The position numbers and the translations under genes were made by a program. Of a DNA stretch of 64,000 nucleotides, positions 61,774 through 64,000 are shown piece by piece; position 1 is the first letter of the stretch, and every line of letters starts with the position of its first letter. Below the pieces are notes generated by a model. It had not been told where the DNA came from, did no database searches, and worked only from the letters and a program-made list of their open reading frames with translations. This DNA is from Podarcis bocagei (Eukaryota), in the NCBI GenBank assembly GCA_964188305.1, contig OZ076897.1; one strand, 5' to 3'.

Positions 61774-63630
61774 ATGCATTCCTTGCTGTCTCCAGGGGTT
61801 GCTTGTCCCAAGGAAGAAGTGATTTTGATTTTTTTGATTTTTATGGGGTGGGTGTGGGTGGGTGTGAAAGCAATCACTTCTGAAAGTTGTATTCTACACC
61901 AGTGTGAAGCAAGCTGGCAGAATATGGAGTTGTTGCCTGATGTCCGAGGCACACAGAGGTGAAACTGATCTCCAAACCAGTCCAGCACTTTTGATTTTAT
62001 GAACTCATAAGGAGAAATCGTTGAACTTGGGCAGAGAAGCTATGGCTGAACTGCAAAAGGGCAGTGGGGCATCAATGAATGTAGACTGAAATCACCAGCG
62101 AAAGGGAGACGTCCAAAGTGCTGGCCACAGCCTTACTTATTAAAGGGGCAGGCCCTCTAAATACAGAAAAATAAATAAATAAAAGTAGACACCACTGAAC
62201 AAGGAATGTACTGAAATGACTTCCTTAGGGATAGAGCTAAGGGAAATAACTTGCACTAAAATACATTTAAAATACTTGATTCCATGAGTCAGTTTATTGT
62301 AGTTTTTGATTTCTGTAAAATAAGAGAAACTTTTTGTATTTATTATTGAAATAAGTGAATGAAGCTATTTTTAAAAGGAAAAGTTAGAAGCCAAGCTGCT
62401 GCTGTTACCTGCAGAACTAACAAACCCTGTTACTTTGTACAAAAGTGTAAATATTTTGAGGAATAAAGTACAGTATAAAAAAATAGTAATTGACCAAATG
62501 CTACCAGACTTTGCAGCAGTTCGGGTGCTTATTATAAAACTTTGATAGGGATGTTACAATATGATCTCATGTATTAAAAATGCCATTACAATTGTTATGG
62601 AATAACCAAAATCTCAATTTAAAGAGAGGTTTTACTTTATTTTTTTAATCTTTAAAGCAGGCTCAACTGTGCTCTATTAATAACTTTTTTAAGTAACCGT
62701 TAAGACTGGTAGAGAGCATGTATATTACAACTATGACTTTTGTAGATGTCTGAGGAAATTTAGACCGATTTATTTTATTTGTATTATATTGTTACATCCC
62801 TATTTCTTAAATCAGGTTTTTTTGTGCTTAGAATTTGTGATAACTGTGAATAACTGCTAAAACCACCCAAAATAGAAGCTGAACATTGATTTTCTTTTCC
62901 AGAAAAAGGTAGTGGGGATTACATGAACTGTTCAGCTTACACTAAATCATGTAATGAAAATAGAAATGTGTAGTGAGAGCGTAAGTCTAATACAATAGCT
63001 GCCTTCTTTCAAAGTAAAAACAAAGAAAAAATTAGATGTAATTGTGCTTTCAGCTGCAGGACTCTGGCAATAGGGTTTTGGAAAATGTAATTTAAAAAAC
63101 GTGTTTGTATGGATTGTTTTGTTTACATTTCTTTAAAAAAATAAAACACTGTTTGTGTTTGCTTGTAGAAACCTAATCAACATTTTGAAGCAGCTTAGTT
63201 TTTTTATTTTGTACTTTAAATTCTGGTACTGACACTTCACAGTCTAAATATTAAAAAAAATGAAGTTTTTTGTGTGCACAGCGAAAGTGGACTGTAAAAC
63301 TGTTGATATATTCAGTGCTACAGTTCTNNNNNNNNNNNNNNNNNNNNNNNNNNNNNNNNNNNNNNNNNNNNNNNNNNNNNNNNNNNNNNNNNNNNNNNNN
63401 NNNNNNNNNNNNNNNNNNNNNNNNNNNNNNNNNNNNNNNNNNNNNNNNNNNNNNNNNNNNNNNNNNNCAGTATTTGTCCTACAGGTTTTTTCTGTTCTGT
63501 ATAATAGTTATCTAATGTTGGCAAAAAATGAATTTTTGAAGTATACAGAGTGTTATGGGCTTTGAAATTTGTGGAAACAGATTTAGAAGATCAGCATTTA
63601 CAAATAAAATATTTTACATCTATAAATATT
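61774..63630 (+). promoter_or_regulatory. KMT2C: KMT2C 3'UTR, AU-rich, with several polyA signals
   Basis: No TE recognised in the AU-rich tract after the stop; AATAAA at 62178, 62462, 63140, 63603; true 3' end inferred. Confidence 0.65.
63328..63467. other. Assembly gap (140 N)
   Basis: run of N. Confidence 1.
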
Positions 63631-64000
63631 ACCTCTATATTTTCATTTGGAAATGTTTCTTATTTTAGCAGAATGTTCCTAGATGGTTTTCTTAGGAGCC
63701 TCAAGATTTGGTACAGCACTGCACTGCCATTCAAAGAGAGAAGCAGCCATAATAATATAAAAATAAATCCATCACCTTTACTCCAAACTAAAATACCAAA
63801 AGCAATGATTTAATTGCTGAGAGGCACATAGCCTCGAACAGATAAAGTTGGAAGAAAGCCACAGTGCAATTCATATAATCTGAATGCTTCCCAGACTATA
63901 GTATATGGCTTTTGAATGATCTGCAGAGTAAAATCACTGCCCACAAGAACTCCACTCAATTTTCTATTCTGGATACCATAGCCTTCCACATCTGGATATA

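Larger units (their letters stand above)
1132..63608 (+). other. KMT2C: KMT2C (MLL3) gene, 5'-truncated by window edge: coding exons equivalent to human ~15-59 plus 3'UTR
   Basis: Spliced exons read in one frame with consistent intron phases. PHD, HMG, FYR, Win (GCARSE) and SET motifs are present, and the C-terminus [17 protein letters not shown] matches KMT2C. 3' end placed at the distal AATAAA. Confidence 0.97.

Overview
Vertebrate genomic DNA, probably from a squamate and possibly a lacertid lizard (inferred from a Squam3-type SINE and the L2/CR1/MITE repertoire). The window holds the 3' ~80% of the coding region of KMT2C (MLL3, H3K4 methyltransferase) on the + strand. I traced 46 GT-AG exons, equivalent to human exons ~15-59 plus a 165-nt exon (human numbering is from recall). 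They splice into one uninterrupted frame: PHD4-6, HMG box, Pro/Gln-rich disordered region, ePHD7, FYRN/FYRC, Win, SET and post-SET, with stop TAG at 61771-61773. A ~1.8 kb 3'UTR follows, containing a 140-N gap. The introns carry many TEs. Most notable: (1) a young Penelope-type insertion, flanked by a 13-bp TSD, forming a near-perfect 89-bp-arm palindrome whose arms each encode a minimal hammerhead ribozyme; (2) a 7 x 42-bp coding minisatellite (DPYAQPPGTPRPVA); (3) a hidden 48-nt in-frame cassette exon candidate; (4) a hAT MITE carrying TTAGGG in a variable 22-bp unit; (5) a Tc1/mariner element with GC-rich cargo; (6) templated-insertion scars.
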